Positions 38,588 to 51,250 of a DNA stretch of 64,000 bases are shown piece after piece (within the stretch, counting starts at the first letter, position 1; every line of letters begins with the position of its first letter). A program made the translations under genes and the position numbers. The notes below the pieces were generated by a model. It was not told where the DNA came from. It made no database searches and saw only the letters and a program-made list of their open reading frames with translations. Source of the stretch: Epiperipatus broadwayi (lineage: Eukaryota; Animalia; Onychophora); assembly GCA_028023455.1 (NCBI GenBank), contig JAQFVV010000003.1, positions 12,524,001 to 12,588,000 of the forward strand, written 5' to 3'.

Positions 38588-38625
38588 CCTCACTGATGAT
38601 GCTAGATGCAGAAACCAGACTGGGG
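38588..38625 (+). pseudogene. Type I hammerhead B3 (U16.1 mutated to A)
   Basis: CCTCA-CTGATGA-TGC tagat GCA-GAAA-CCAG-AC-TGGGG, with stem I extended by GAATATCCT/AGGATATTC. The cleavage triplet is GAC rather than GUC. Confidence 0.7.
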
Positions 38626-39077
38626 TTGAGGATATTCTCAAAGCTTGTTTTTCAGGCTCTATATATAACATTTGTAAATACGAGCTTTATTAAAATTAGG
38701 TCATGTGACATCTGACTTGATTTTTTATCAATTTACTAAGACAATAAAGCCAATTACTCAAGGCTTTAATAAATTTATAAATATATATAACAATCAACTC
38801 TTAAGCTATCAACAATTTCAACCTATAGTCAAGGCAACCTCCATTAATAATAAAGATAATACTACCTTTTTCTATGGTCTTATATATTTTTATAGACACT
38901 AAAGATTGCAACTTGACCAAGGAGTATGAGATTAATAATACAAACAAGTTTAAACAAACTTCATTAATCAGGCAAATATAACTTGTTCTGAAAGCATACT
39001 AATAAATAGTCAATTATAACTTCCAGATTCTGAAAGTAAACTAATAGATGGTCATTTATAACTTCCAAATTTTAAAA

Positions 39078-39224
39078 CAGGCAAAACTCTCCATACAGTA
39101 GTGCCACTCTGTGCCAACTAGAGTAATCAATGGATGCCAAAAGGCTTGTGCATAAAATCCCTATCTAATGCCTACTCATCCAATATCCCCAGATTAGTTT
39201 CTGGCTTGTGGAGACTTTTGCCTG
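39078..39224. mobile_element. ~150-bp MITE, probably hAT/Buster-mobilised
   Basis: TIRs CAGGCAAAACTCTCC and GGAGACTTTTGCCTG; 8-bp flanks TTTTAAAA/TTTTAAGA. The core (ggatgagtaggca.tagat.gggattttatgcacaagcc) is shared with the copies at 26.2 and 63.2 kb. Confidence 0.75.
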
Positions 39225-42200
39225 TTTTAAGAACAGTAATGTGCTAGCATAAGAAATAATGATTATATTATGTTTAGTGGTTTAACTTCCAAATTTCGCA
39301 TAAAGTATATATTTACATTTATAAACCTATTAAAGCTGTGAGTAATTGGCTATATTGTCTTAGATCCTATTGCACTAACAGTTTTTTTTATTTTATTATA
39401 TCACATAATTTCTTAATATATTTTGGATCTGAAGAAGACTGCTGGTCATTCATAACTAAGATTGTTCAACAAAAAATAAAATATAATATTGTAAAAATGA
39501 TTAAACAAAGGAAGATTTACTTATTTGTTTTAAGAATATAATTATTAAAATCCATACTCTCGTTATATGTTTTTATTTTACACACATAGATGGGAAGTAA
39601 AAACAACTAAAGATAAAATATAACTTTTATAAATTAACACATCTTTATGGATCCATGTATTGCTAAAAAAAATTCAGTTTTGAATTAATATATTACAGTC
39701 ATATTCTGTCCTGATCTCTCATTTGACCAGTAGCCTATTTTATTTTTAAGTTTTTAAAAAGTTGTATTAATTTGGATATCTTTGCACAATCTAAATGGAT
39801 AGATAAAACAGATATTAAATCTTATGTAATACACTTTCCATTTATTGTGAAATAATGATATTTAATGTAGAAAAGTTGTCATATATATATTTGATACAAT
39901 TATAATATTGTCATTTTTTTCAATATATTAAAAAGATCTATAATAATTATTAATCCATTGCTATATTTTGCAAAAAATATATATAGGCTTTAGTAACTTG
40001 ATAGTTGTAAGTTATAAAGCTAAGTTTACTCCAGAGAAAAGTAATAATGAAATGTAAATACAGATCTAAGTTTTAAAAGCAATAAAAAAAGGTTGCTAAT
40101 AAGTTTAAAAAGAAATGGAAAATAGAATGGTAAAAAATAAAAAAACTTTATTTTAGATAATTTTAGTTTAAATTTAATAACAACAAGAAAGATGGTTAGC
40201 AGTTAAATTAAACTTGAATAGACAAAGATCATAGTTTAAAAGCATTCTACAAAAGATTGCCAAAAGATAAACCAAATTGTTAATTACAAGGCTGGATATA
40301 ATTACTGTAAGAGACTGAGAAAACTCTATTATTTAAAATCAAACATTAAACTAATTTTAAAAGCAAACAAATGGATAAAATATTTGAAGCTAATTACTAA
40401 GGAATGAAATGGATGTAATTAAAAGCTGGATCTTAATCATCATGGTAAAGATGCTTTAGCCAAATGGAAGTACAGTTACCTTGAAATGTTATGAATTTAT
40501 TAATGATATCAAGCAAGGAAAAAAGGAGTATAAATAATGCGCACTAAAAAGAGAGTCTTCAGCTTTTCTCCACTCATCGTAAGCGGCTGTTGTTACTGTG
40601 TCATGGATGTCAAAAGGATCTTGAGAAAAGCTGAGAGAAAAGTGCCCTGATTTTTCTGCAAAGATGGATGTGTCCCAGAGCCCATGCCTCTAAAAGTTAG
40701 ATAGTTGGCTAAGGAAAATGTTAATAGACTGCACTGGTCTTTTTATTATTTACATATGCCTGAGAAGGCCCAAATAGGATTGTGTTCTTAAAATAACCAT
40801 GAGTATAAACTTTAGTATTCACTTAAGTGTACCACTAGTATAGTGACAGGATTAGTTACTCAATGGTGATGTGGACAGTGAAGATAGAACTTTAAATCAA
40901 GGACTATTTTGTTATATGTGTAAATAAATTAAATATGATCGCTACTCAGTTAAACTTTAATTTATGTGTATGTATAATTTAAATAAATATATTTAATCAT
41001 TATTAATAATGTTTTGGTAATTTATAATTTGGTAGTAATTGTTGGTAGTCAGCTTCATAGCTGAATACACAACATCCACTAATGCATTTTAAGTCATCTT
41101 GTTTGTCATTGAACATCTATCTTTAAATCTTTATATTATAGTCTTCCATTGAACTATTATCCAGCTAATTTAAGAATGCCTATGTTTCTCTTAATCAAGT
41201 CACTACTAATGTGAGTATTGACAAAAAACCAGTCAAGATTTTTTTTAATCAATCCAAAAACAGATTTATATCTGACTATAATACACTTCTTAAGAAAATA
41301 CCATGATTCAATTACATAAGATTTAAAACGTGTTTAACAGCTGTTAGAATTAAAAACAAATAATGCTTGCTTCTAATGAATGAACATAATTTTTTTTTTC
41401 ATTGGGTTTGGTGTATTACATCTTTTTTAATGCACCTCATTTTAATTTTAGAACTAACTAATTTATATTGTGTTTATAGGTTTTGTTATCAGAAAATATT
41501 TGTGTCTGATAAATGAGAGGGAATAAAGTAATATCAAAACATTTATTACAGTTATTTAATAATACCATTGAAAGAGTTAACAATGGTTTTGTGGAATGCC
41601 ATGATTCCTTCTTGGAAAAGCTAACATTTCAACCATGCTGGCTTGTTTTAATTGTGTGCCAATATCTGCTTCCTGTTGTAAATACAAATATGCCTGTGTT
41701 CTAGCAAATAGTGGGCAACATGAATTAATGTTAGAATAATTCTAGATTATGAATTACTTTTTTGAACATGGCACAGTAACTCATCTATTTTCTTTTTATA
41801 TAGTGTGATGTTTTATAAGTGATTCTCTTTCCTTACATTGAACAACCAGATTTCTTCTTTCCTAGTAATTTAGGCAAGTCCATTATTGAGAGTAACCTTA
41901 AGATGCCCCCAACAATCAATGATGTGTCTTGACAATCTGCAACTTGTAAGTACTTACATAAACTTTTTTTCATTTCTGATTCCTAACTATAGTATAAATT
42001 GTTTTGAATATGAGTGTATCCAAATTTTTTTTATAGTGATTTTTTTACCTAAACAGATAGTTCATAATAGTCACTCCATGTGTTATGCAAAAATTCAATA
42101 ATAACAGATCATGTGAATTTACAATGTCAGTATCATTATTTACCATTTCAACACATATATTAAAGTCTCAAAAAAGAACAATTTACATTATCATATAAGG

Positions 42201-45200
42201 AATAAAAGCTTTCTCTGACTTGTAATCTAATGTTGGAGCATAGTCACAGAAATTGGATTCCAAAAATAAATGATCTTAAATTATACTTTACAATGGATCC
42301 AATACAATCTTCTCTCACCTAACCTGATCATCTAGAACAGCTACATTAATCTTAAATTTTGATACCTTCTTAGTTATCTTGTCATCTTCTGTTCAGCTTT
42401 TGGAAGATTCACATCAAATAAGGTTAAAACATGTCATGTATTTGTATTTAGAAAAAATATATAGTGTTTAGTTATAATTATTAACCTTTCTGGTTTATTT
42501 CTATTAGTTTTATTGATATTTCTCAGGAAAGGCCATTTTATACCATCTTTGCTAAGTTCATCTTTTTTATACCATCTTTTCTAAGTTCATCAGCATTTGT
42601 AGTTGATAGACAGATTCTTAAAGGTCTGACCAAATGTACAGCCATTTGCCATTTGAAATTGCTGTCCCAAATCCAATTCTAGATTATACTATCTCATGCA
42701 TCATTACAACTAAGCATTCCCAATCTGCTAAACCTGTCTTTAGTCAAAGGCTTTTTCAAAAAAAAGAATGACTCAGAATTGCTACATGTAACTAAAAGGG
42801 AATATAATTATACTAAAACAATTTGATTATCTCAGTTAATACTGGGAATGAGCAAGCATCCTTAAGGAACTGAAAGACTGTGATATAAAAGAAAATTGAA
42901 ACAGAATAAGAGAAATAGTATTTAATTTTGAAAAGATCAAAAATAAATAAAAATTAACAGTGACCAGGTGTTGGGTTTGATAGTTTATAATTTTCTTGAA
43001 TGTAACTAGATAAATAAAACCAAACATAAGTTGGATAGATTAACTTGTACTTATATAAGGTAAACTTATATATACAAATATATACATTATAAGGAATTTG
43101 AACCTGACTTCAAGTCCTATTCAATCCATATACAAGCGATACACATAAATAAAAACTGTCCATCTTAAAGATATATCTGTATACAAAAAGGAATATAAAA
43201 AATATGCAAAGACAAAAACAGAGAAATGGGTTATGATATTCAGATCTAGAGAAAAAGAAAATGGTTTGAGAAAGATTGCATTGTTAAAGGGTAAAATGTG
43301 AAGCAATGTTTAAGAAGATTTAGTATGAAGATATAAATCAATGAAAAAGTTAAGTATAGATATTATTACCAGAGAATTCAACTATATTGGGAAATACGTT
43401 TTAATAGAAAAAGTGGTAGTATAAATAATTAGCTATATATGTATATATACAGTATAATGGTATGGATCTAGGGAGGAACCTAGGGTGATGGCACTCTTTA
43501 TCATCAACTGGACTTACTACATAATTTAAATATAAAATTATATACAAATGAGTATGAGGAATGAGAATGAGAGATCAGCATAGCTAACTATAATAACTAT
43601 AAGTTTATTAGTATTACACAAAAGTAATAATAATCACATCATTATGAATGATCAATAATAAAAATAAATCAACAGTCAATCTTGTGATTGGATTTGAAAT
43701 GGGTTTACTAGACCAGGCTAATTATTCAGCTATTGCCAGCTTGAAGCAGATTATTTAAACATTGATTTGGATGCATAAACTTAAGTGCTAATCCAAAAGA
43801 ATAAGTAAAAAAAATAATGCTGGGATATTAAAGCTTGCTGATCATCATCAATGCTCTGGTCATTTGGTACCGTTAATGTACTGGCCAACTGTAAACTTAA
43901 TTTCTAATAAATACTAAGGTAAATAAAATATAGTGCATGGAATTTAAAGGATATCTCTTTTGCACCAATCCAGGTTCATCATCAACTGGATGTCCATAAA
44001 AATTAATATCCCTTTTATATAACAGACTTATGTTCAAATCTAGCTCAGGAACAAAAGCTCTATAACTGTTATTATGAACAAGAGATATAATACAACATAT
44101 AATAATTTATAATATTATTTAGGATTGATCAGCCTTCTCAAGCTATTGTGTATTACAATTTATAAAACAGCGCTATAAAAATAAATGCTGATTTAGGATT
44201 GAGTAAATTCACTGGAATAACTTAGCACTGAAATATAAATGTATTAATAACTATTAAAATGAAATTAAGGTCTGTTGAATATGGTTATAATATAAATTAA
44301 GCTTTCTGATTTTGATTAATACCAAAAAGAAATCCACTACCACATCCTCCAATCGGTTTACATAAAACATATATGAGTACACAGACATGCCTGTATAATA
44401 TAAAATGAATATATTTGAATTGTCATAAACTAAATGAAAATATGATAAATTTTAACACATGTCTACCTGACACATTTATATAAACACACAGATGTGCCAT
44501 AACATGGGAATTGTCATATAATAATAATAAAGTATTACATTTTAATGATATAAATAATGACTGATTTAATGTGTGTGCACATAGAAATGTGTGTACACAC
44601 TAGTATTTATAAAGAAATAAATATAATAATCCATATATTTTCTTAATAGACAAGTAATTCAATGTCAAAAACAAAATGCACACATATATACACACACTCA
44701 TATACTATATAATAATTTAAAAAATATGACTCGGTTATTAATTTATTCATTATCTAATGTTAAAAAAGGTTTTTTTTTTTTATAAAAAAAAAAGTAATAT
44801 CAGTTCTTTGACAGTCCTTCATAAAAGTTTTCTTTTTAACAGGTTATTCTTAATTAATTATAAATGTCTCTTCAAAAGAATACTCTAGCAAATCTTTTGT
44901 TTTTCAATCTAAAAAAGATTTTTGGAGTTTACTTCTTTTTTTTTTTCAAAATAAAATTGTCTATGAATCAATCATTTATTTTTTAGACTACATTATTTAC
45001 TTGTTTTACTTTTAAAATATAGATTTTAAATGTCATTTTCAATGAATTATTTAAAATAACTTACCAGCAGTACTTTATATATATGACACAGTAACTTTAT
45101 CTGTGCCTTTCTGCATATAGTTAAAATAGTATATATATAAACTAATTCTTCAGCAAGCTGATAGACTCTCTTGGTAAGCTGGTCCCTTTTAAAACAGTTG

Positions 45201-47292
45201 ACTGGCTTATAGTCATTTTTGGAAAAGTTGAAATCCAGATAACTTGACCTGCAATGAGGTCCCTTCAGTCTCTATGCTGTCTAATACATGCACATATATT
45301 GAAATGATAATCTTCCAAGCCCTTCAAACCTCATGACACACTCACCTGAATTCGAACCTATTTAATGTTAATATTTTTAAAATTAGCGTGTAAAACACTC
45401 ATGTCTGTCTAAACAGTATATATATTTACATGCGAACCAACGCTATAATTAGATAGGATTAGTAAAATTATAGCATACAAAATTCACTTAATATTTATAA
45501 AAATGTTGTATTATTAAAGTTAGAAGTAAATTATTAATTTTGTTGTTAATATTGTAAATTCGTATGTGGATATATAATCTGCGCTATATATAAGGAAGGC
45601 ATGATTTTAAAATATTTAAAAGCTGTTATCTAAAAATAATGTTAAATGTTTCTTTAAAAATCTGTTAAAAGATTTCTTGTTTTATAAATATTTCAAGGAA
45701 AAAGTTGCTTGAAAATATATTTAAAAGTTATATCAAAATATGTTTATAAGTTATCTAAAAAAATATGTTAAAAAGGTTTTTGTTAAAATATGTTAAAAGG
45801 TTGTTTTTAATTAAAGAGTTTCTTATTTTATGTAAAATTAAAAATAAAAGCTGGTCAAGTAATTAAAAAGATTTTTGGTTGTAAACAAGTGTCATTAATG
45901 GCCACACCTGGAATCGGTGAAAGTAAAATTAGTTCAAAATCTTGCTGATTAAAATCTCCTTAGATAAGGTAAAGTTATTTTTAAAAACTAAATTGGAAAT
46001 TGTTTGCAATGAAAAATCTCAACTATAATAGCTTAGGGAATGGTTCTAACATTCCATAAGTTAGCTAAGATTTAAATTCTGGATTATAAATTTGATAATA
46101 TTTAATTAAATTCTTGAGTTAATGAGTCTTGAGATGATAGATTCCGATAATGTAAGTGCTTGAGAAAACCTATAAATACTCTGTATTTTTAAACAAGAAA
46201 GGAACAGTCATTTTAGAGAGCAATTGCAGCCAGTCTCCACATTTGTTTAATGTCTGATAGGTCCGGCTAAAAACGGGCATTTCTTTGCTATTACTCCACG
46301 GGGAGAATGGGGGTTTCTCTCATCGCAATGCCTGAACAACCATCATGCCGCTAGCAGACTCAAGCCTAACAAAACGGGAAAGAAGGTGATGCCACCAGCT
46401 GCCCCAGTCAAACTCACCAAACCTACAGCCAAGAACTTGCAGTCCAGATAAATAATACTGTTACTGTTTTATTTTCAAACCACAGAGCTCTATATAATTT
46501 TTATATAAGTTAGCTAACTCTCTTTAAAATAATTATAAAACTAAATGTAACTATAATTCAAAATAATGTTCAAATTGCTATCATAATTAATATTGCTAAA
46601 GTTAAAATGACCTGACTATTTATATTTTCCTTTCACTTAAAAGTAAATTATTAGTGTCTAATTTAAAGTTATATCACTGCAGTTGTGTCTATATTTCTTT
46701 GCTTATTTTAATTAAATGCTTATTATATTTCATATGCCAATATTTCAAAACAGCGAGCACTTAATTTCATGTTTTTAAGATGATATTATTTAAACATCTT
46801 TATGTAATATAGCATCACCTTTCTGCGCACTGTTTCGAAATCCTATTTTATAAAATAATAACGACTCACCTTGCACTCGTTATTTTTTTTTTACGATTTA
46901 AAATGTGAAATGTGGCTCGTTTTAATCAACCATTTGAAAGCTTAAACTTTATAGTTTTATTAAGAATTAAATTAGCCTTGATAATAGTTGTAAGTATTTT
47001 TGTCATTTAAGTTCTTCTTAAGTCCATAGAAATATACTTTCCCTCCTTAAAGTATTAATTATCTATAAAGTAATCTAATAGATCGAGTGTGTTGAAGTAA
47101 AAGATTTATTAATATTCCTGTTAGTAGCGTAGACATTTATTATCAGGCTACACAAAAGTTGGTTCCAATTTGATAAAACTAATATGCTATTCTCTTGTAT
47201 TTCATAGTATGAAATATAGTATTCTTTGCTTGGGGATGTGATCTATTCTTTTATTAAATTTATTCTCGTTTTGCTGCTATACGTATGATACA

Positions 47293-47571
47293 TATATTAA
47301 GATGGAGCCCCGGTGAAGCCAGCACATCTCTTATAGTGTCAAGCAGTAGCAAAGCCTGAGCCAAGGCCAGGTTAGCACGTAAGTCCCCTGCCATTTCTGA
47401 ACACAATGTTCCTTTTCACGCAGCATAGCCATCAGTTACAGGGTACCAGCATTGGTCGCGAGAACCCTGGAGTTTTCCATCCATCTGCAGAGCGACTTTT
47501 CCTATAGTCATTTACCTGTGCCATAGTGCATTGGTAAAATCTTAGGCAGCCAACTCTCCCATCTTAACATA
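47293..47571 (-). ncRNA. RNase MRP RNA-like element (divergent gene or pseudogene)
   Basis: On the minus strand: terminal helix TATGTTAAGATGG/CCATCTTAATATA (P1); GGCTG...CAGGCT (P2-like); long hairpin closing CCTAAG/CTATAGG (P3) followed by AAAAGTC (CR-I-like); TGGA-G[GAAAA]C-TCCA (P8 with a GARAR loop); CAGGGT/ACCCTG (P9); ACCGGGGCTC (CR-V) just before the 3' strand of P1. P4 pairing is imperfect. Confidence 0.6.
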
Positions 47572-49249
47572 GCACTTTCAGCATTGATCTGAAAATTTCT
47601 CTCGAAAACCATGTTCGATCTAATGTTACTTGAGCTGGTTTATGTGCTCGTAGTTAAATAATATTGTATTTTGCAATAAATAATGAATTTTTAGATTGAT
47701 CAAGGCTCAGTATAATTACTTATATAACAGCCACAAATTTAATAGGATTTGGCATAACTAAATTTATAGACATAACATAGTGACTATTCATGTATCAGTT
47801 GTAAATCATTTCATAAGATGGGCATATGTTAAACTCATCTATGCCAAATTCAATAATTGCTTATATAAAGTCGTTTTAAATTCAGTGTAAGAAGAGAACA
47901 TGTTATCTCTCATTTATTCAATGCCTGCGTACATTCTACACTAAAATTCTGTAATAATATTGTCAATTTCACTTCATTGTAAATAAATGTATAACTACTT
48001 TAGTGTATTTTGTCCTCTGTATTGATCCAATTCAATCCAATTCTAATTATTATTTATAAAATATATATATATATGAAAAACTGCATTAATAATCATTTAA
48101 ATTAGTGATAAATTTAGTCAATTTAAGAGCCTTTCTTTTATTTATCAGAGTCTTATTGTGTCTCCCTGACCTATGTCGGCCACGAATAAAATGATATGCT
48201 ATGTGTAACTTCAAAATGATCATTCATAGTGTCTTGAGTCTTGGAGTTCTGGCAGATGAGTTGAAGCGTGGTCAGATTCAGGGCATCACACTCCCTGGTG
48301 TGGTCAGCCTTGGTCTTTTTGCCTGGATTTTAGATTCTGCTACACGAATGTACAAACTTGACTGTTACAATATATATATGTTATGACACATAAAAGCTGG
48401 GTCTTGCTTCCATGTGAATCCAAACTATCATTGCTGCACTAGGAGCAGCAACTGGATCCACTTTCTTGCCTTCAGTTATATCTTCATGGTAGTAATCATG
48501 CTGTCATAATCTGTAAAACTAAAAAACTCCTCTCTAATCCTTTTTCCAACCTTTTATAGTCAGGGTGGGGGGAAAAATACAGTAATTAAAAATAAGTTTT
48601 TCCTCTCTTGATAAAAAAAAGTTAAGGTCTATTTTTCAATTCAACTTAATCCTTTGAAAACAACTTTGTGGAATGTTATCAAAATAAGTTATACAAGCAT
48701 TAATTAAAAAAAATTTTGCTTATCAAAATAGATAATGGAATTTTATAATTATCAGTATATCTATTGTAACATAAAAACATGCTTGTCTTAATTTCAAAAT
48801 CAGATTTAATAAAATATTAGTTAGATCTTTTTAAATGTTTATAATAAAAATAAAAAAAATTCAAAATTATTTAATCCTTAACTGTTATTCCAATGTTAAT
48901 ATAGAAAATATCTACAAAAAAAATTTGTGTTTATTTCTACTTTTCCTTTCAACTTCTATATATGCATGCTCATACACTACTATGTTGTTGTATACCATGG
49001 AACACATAACCATGTCAATATATATAAATATCTTTTGTGTAAAAGGTAGTCATGAGCAGAGTAAAGAAAGAACTGAAAATGTGAATAAAACATTTTGTGA
49101 TTGGATTAATGGTGAAGACAAAGTATCTTTCAAATTATTTGGTTGTTGCAAAATTCTAAAACTATAGAAGAAATAAATGACTAACATTTTTCTTTAGGAC
49201 ATTTTCACAGAAAATATTGAGGATTTATAAAGGGCTAAGATTTAATCTC

Positions 49250-51250
49250 CACTATCAATTTGATGAAAGTGATGAATGTTAGAATAGCTGAAACTTTCCA
49301 TTTTCCATACAACAGTCTAGTTGTTGTGTGCTATCTGATGTCTAAGATAGAAGGGATCTATGGAATCTGAATGAAAAGTGGATTTGAACTCTACATATTA
49401 TCTCATCCTTAGTAAGAAAATAAAATGTCCTAATACTATCATTCACTTTACTTCCAATGAATCATGTTAGAGATATTGGGATGGGATGGAATTTTCTGTT
49501 GTATGGACCACACATTAATATGTATAATTTGACAAGAGAGTGAGAAATTAATAATAAAAAAAACTCCCAGAAGGGTATTGTAGCTATAAAATCTCTAATC
49601 ATAATTATTCTGCCAAGAATTACATTTTTTAGGATATGTTATCAATGGAAAAGGAAGTAGTCCCTCTCCTGACAGCTTATCAGTAATTAAGAAGTTTAAC
49701 CCATTTAAAATTATTCATCAGAGCCATTTATTCTATGGCTTATGTATTATTGTATAGATTTATTCCCTATTGGTAATGTTTGAAATTTTGATATGAACTG
49801 ACTAAAAAATAAAATTTGTATTGGATGAAAAATATAATTAAATCTTCAATTATGTTAAGATTTTAAGAAAAAAAAATAATATTCAAATATCCTAAAGTGT
49901 CTCATGAATTTTATTTGCCTTGTGATACATCTATTTTGTCAATATATAAGGGAGGTTATTATAGCAATTAGATAAGATCATCTAACATCCTTAGGCCAAT
50001 AGAGAATAACTCATAACAAACCATAAGAAAAATATTACATATTAAAGGAAAGGGTCCTAGTTATAGTAGAATGTGATTAAATAATATCAATCTTCAACAG
50101 ATTAATGGAGGAAAATTCATAGTTGATAAAATGGCCTTGTAGCTCTAAAAATACAAATTAGACATTAGCCATGTGCTTGGTAATGGCAATGTTGTGATGA
50201 TACACCAAGTATATGAATTTGATTACTCCTTATGTATATAAGTTTGGTGTAAAGCTTTTATAATTAAATGAATTAATTTTAAAAAAGGGTGGGAAATTTT
50301 ACTTAGGGGCTCTTAGGAAAGATTTCTAAATAATACATTTCCTCCTAGCACTTATTATAATGCTTTTTATTAAAATGTCAGGCACAGTTTTGATTGTTCT
50401 GCAGTCTTCTTCAGAATATAAAATACATTTGTACTATTTTATATGCTCATACACACCATATCTCAATTTTTATTTATATAATATTATATATTTTTTAGTC
50501 TATTTGACATGCAAGAAGAAATGTATTATTTAGAAATGTATTATAAAATACGCAATGCAAAAGGAATAAAGAGTAATAAAAAAAATTTTTAAAGATATTA
50601 AATCTGGATCATAGATGATGTGACTTGAAAAGTTATTGAACAGGTCTTTTGAATTAGAATGCTTCACCAGAGATAGTAATAATTTGTAAGGAAGAAGATC
50701 ATAGGTAAAATAGCAAGATATTTCATGTGGAAAGATTATTATGTCATATATACAGACCTTTGTTAAGAAAATGATATGTGCCAAAAATTAAAAGAAACAT
50801 AAATAAATTCAGGGCAAAGATATTTTCTAAAGAAAAGCCAATTCAAATTCTATTTATGGATAGAGTGGACACATTTCATTATGTAAAGAAAAATAACGGT
50901 TGTGTATTTTACCTTTATAGGTATTCTTATGTGTTTCTTATTGCCATCCCAGTTTCTAATCAATAGACTAATAAAAAAAATTCATGAATATAGCTTCATA
51001 TGAATCTCATGAATTTAAAAATGCTATAGAGAAGTTAGAAATAAAGAACTTGTTTACAGTTCATTATTATCTATATTCCAATGGAATTGTGCAGAAATTA
51101 AGTGGAGCCCTTGTAGATGTAAAAAAAAATGGCACATATCATTTCAGAACATTGAATCAAACACCTATTTATTCTATGCCTATTCTGGTCATTCCTACAT
51201 GAAAATGTTTAGAAATATCAATATTTATTGAGAATATCTTAAATGAAGTC
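49250..51250 (+). mobile_element. Ty3/Gypsy pol remnant (RT, RNase H, integrase)
   Basis: FPYNSLVVV (RT); a KWAL.L.KYKLDISHVLGNGNVV-like segment (end of RNase H); KPIQILFMDRVD and YESHEFKNAIEKLEIKNLFTVHYYLYSNGIVQKL (rve integrase). Boundaries approximate. Confidence 0.7.

Larger units (their letters stand above)
37650..39370. mobile_element. Hammerhead-bearing rearranged array B (375-bp unit, direct plus inverted copies); Penelope-like
   Basis: Hammerhead-to-hammerhead period is 375 bp (37992 to 38367). An inverted copy spans ~38412-38730. Segment 37650-37930 is repeated at ~38735-39020, with an inverted piece at ~39320-39370. Confidence 0.75.

Noticed and set aside
43375-43410. IQLYWE as candidate PPIL1 exon 2 (ELYWKHAP)
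   Set aside because: No HAP, no preceding MG and no further cyclophilin similarity.
47330-47470. HDV-like ribozyme fold within the 47.3-kb element
   Set aside because: P1 and P3 candidates exist, but P1.1, P2 and the catalytic-C strand cannot be placed; the MRP-like fold explains more of the sequence.
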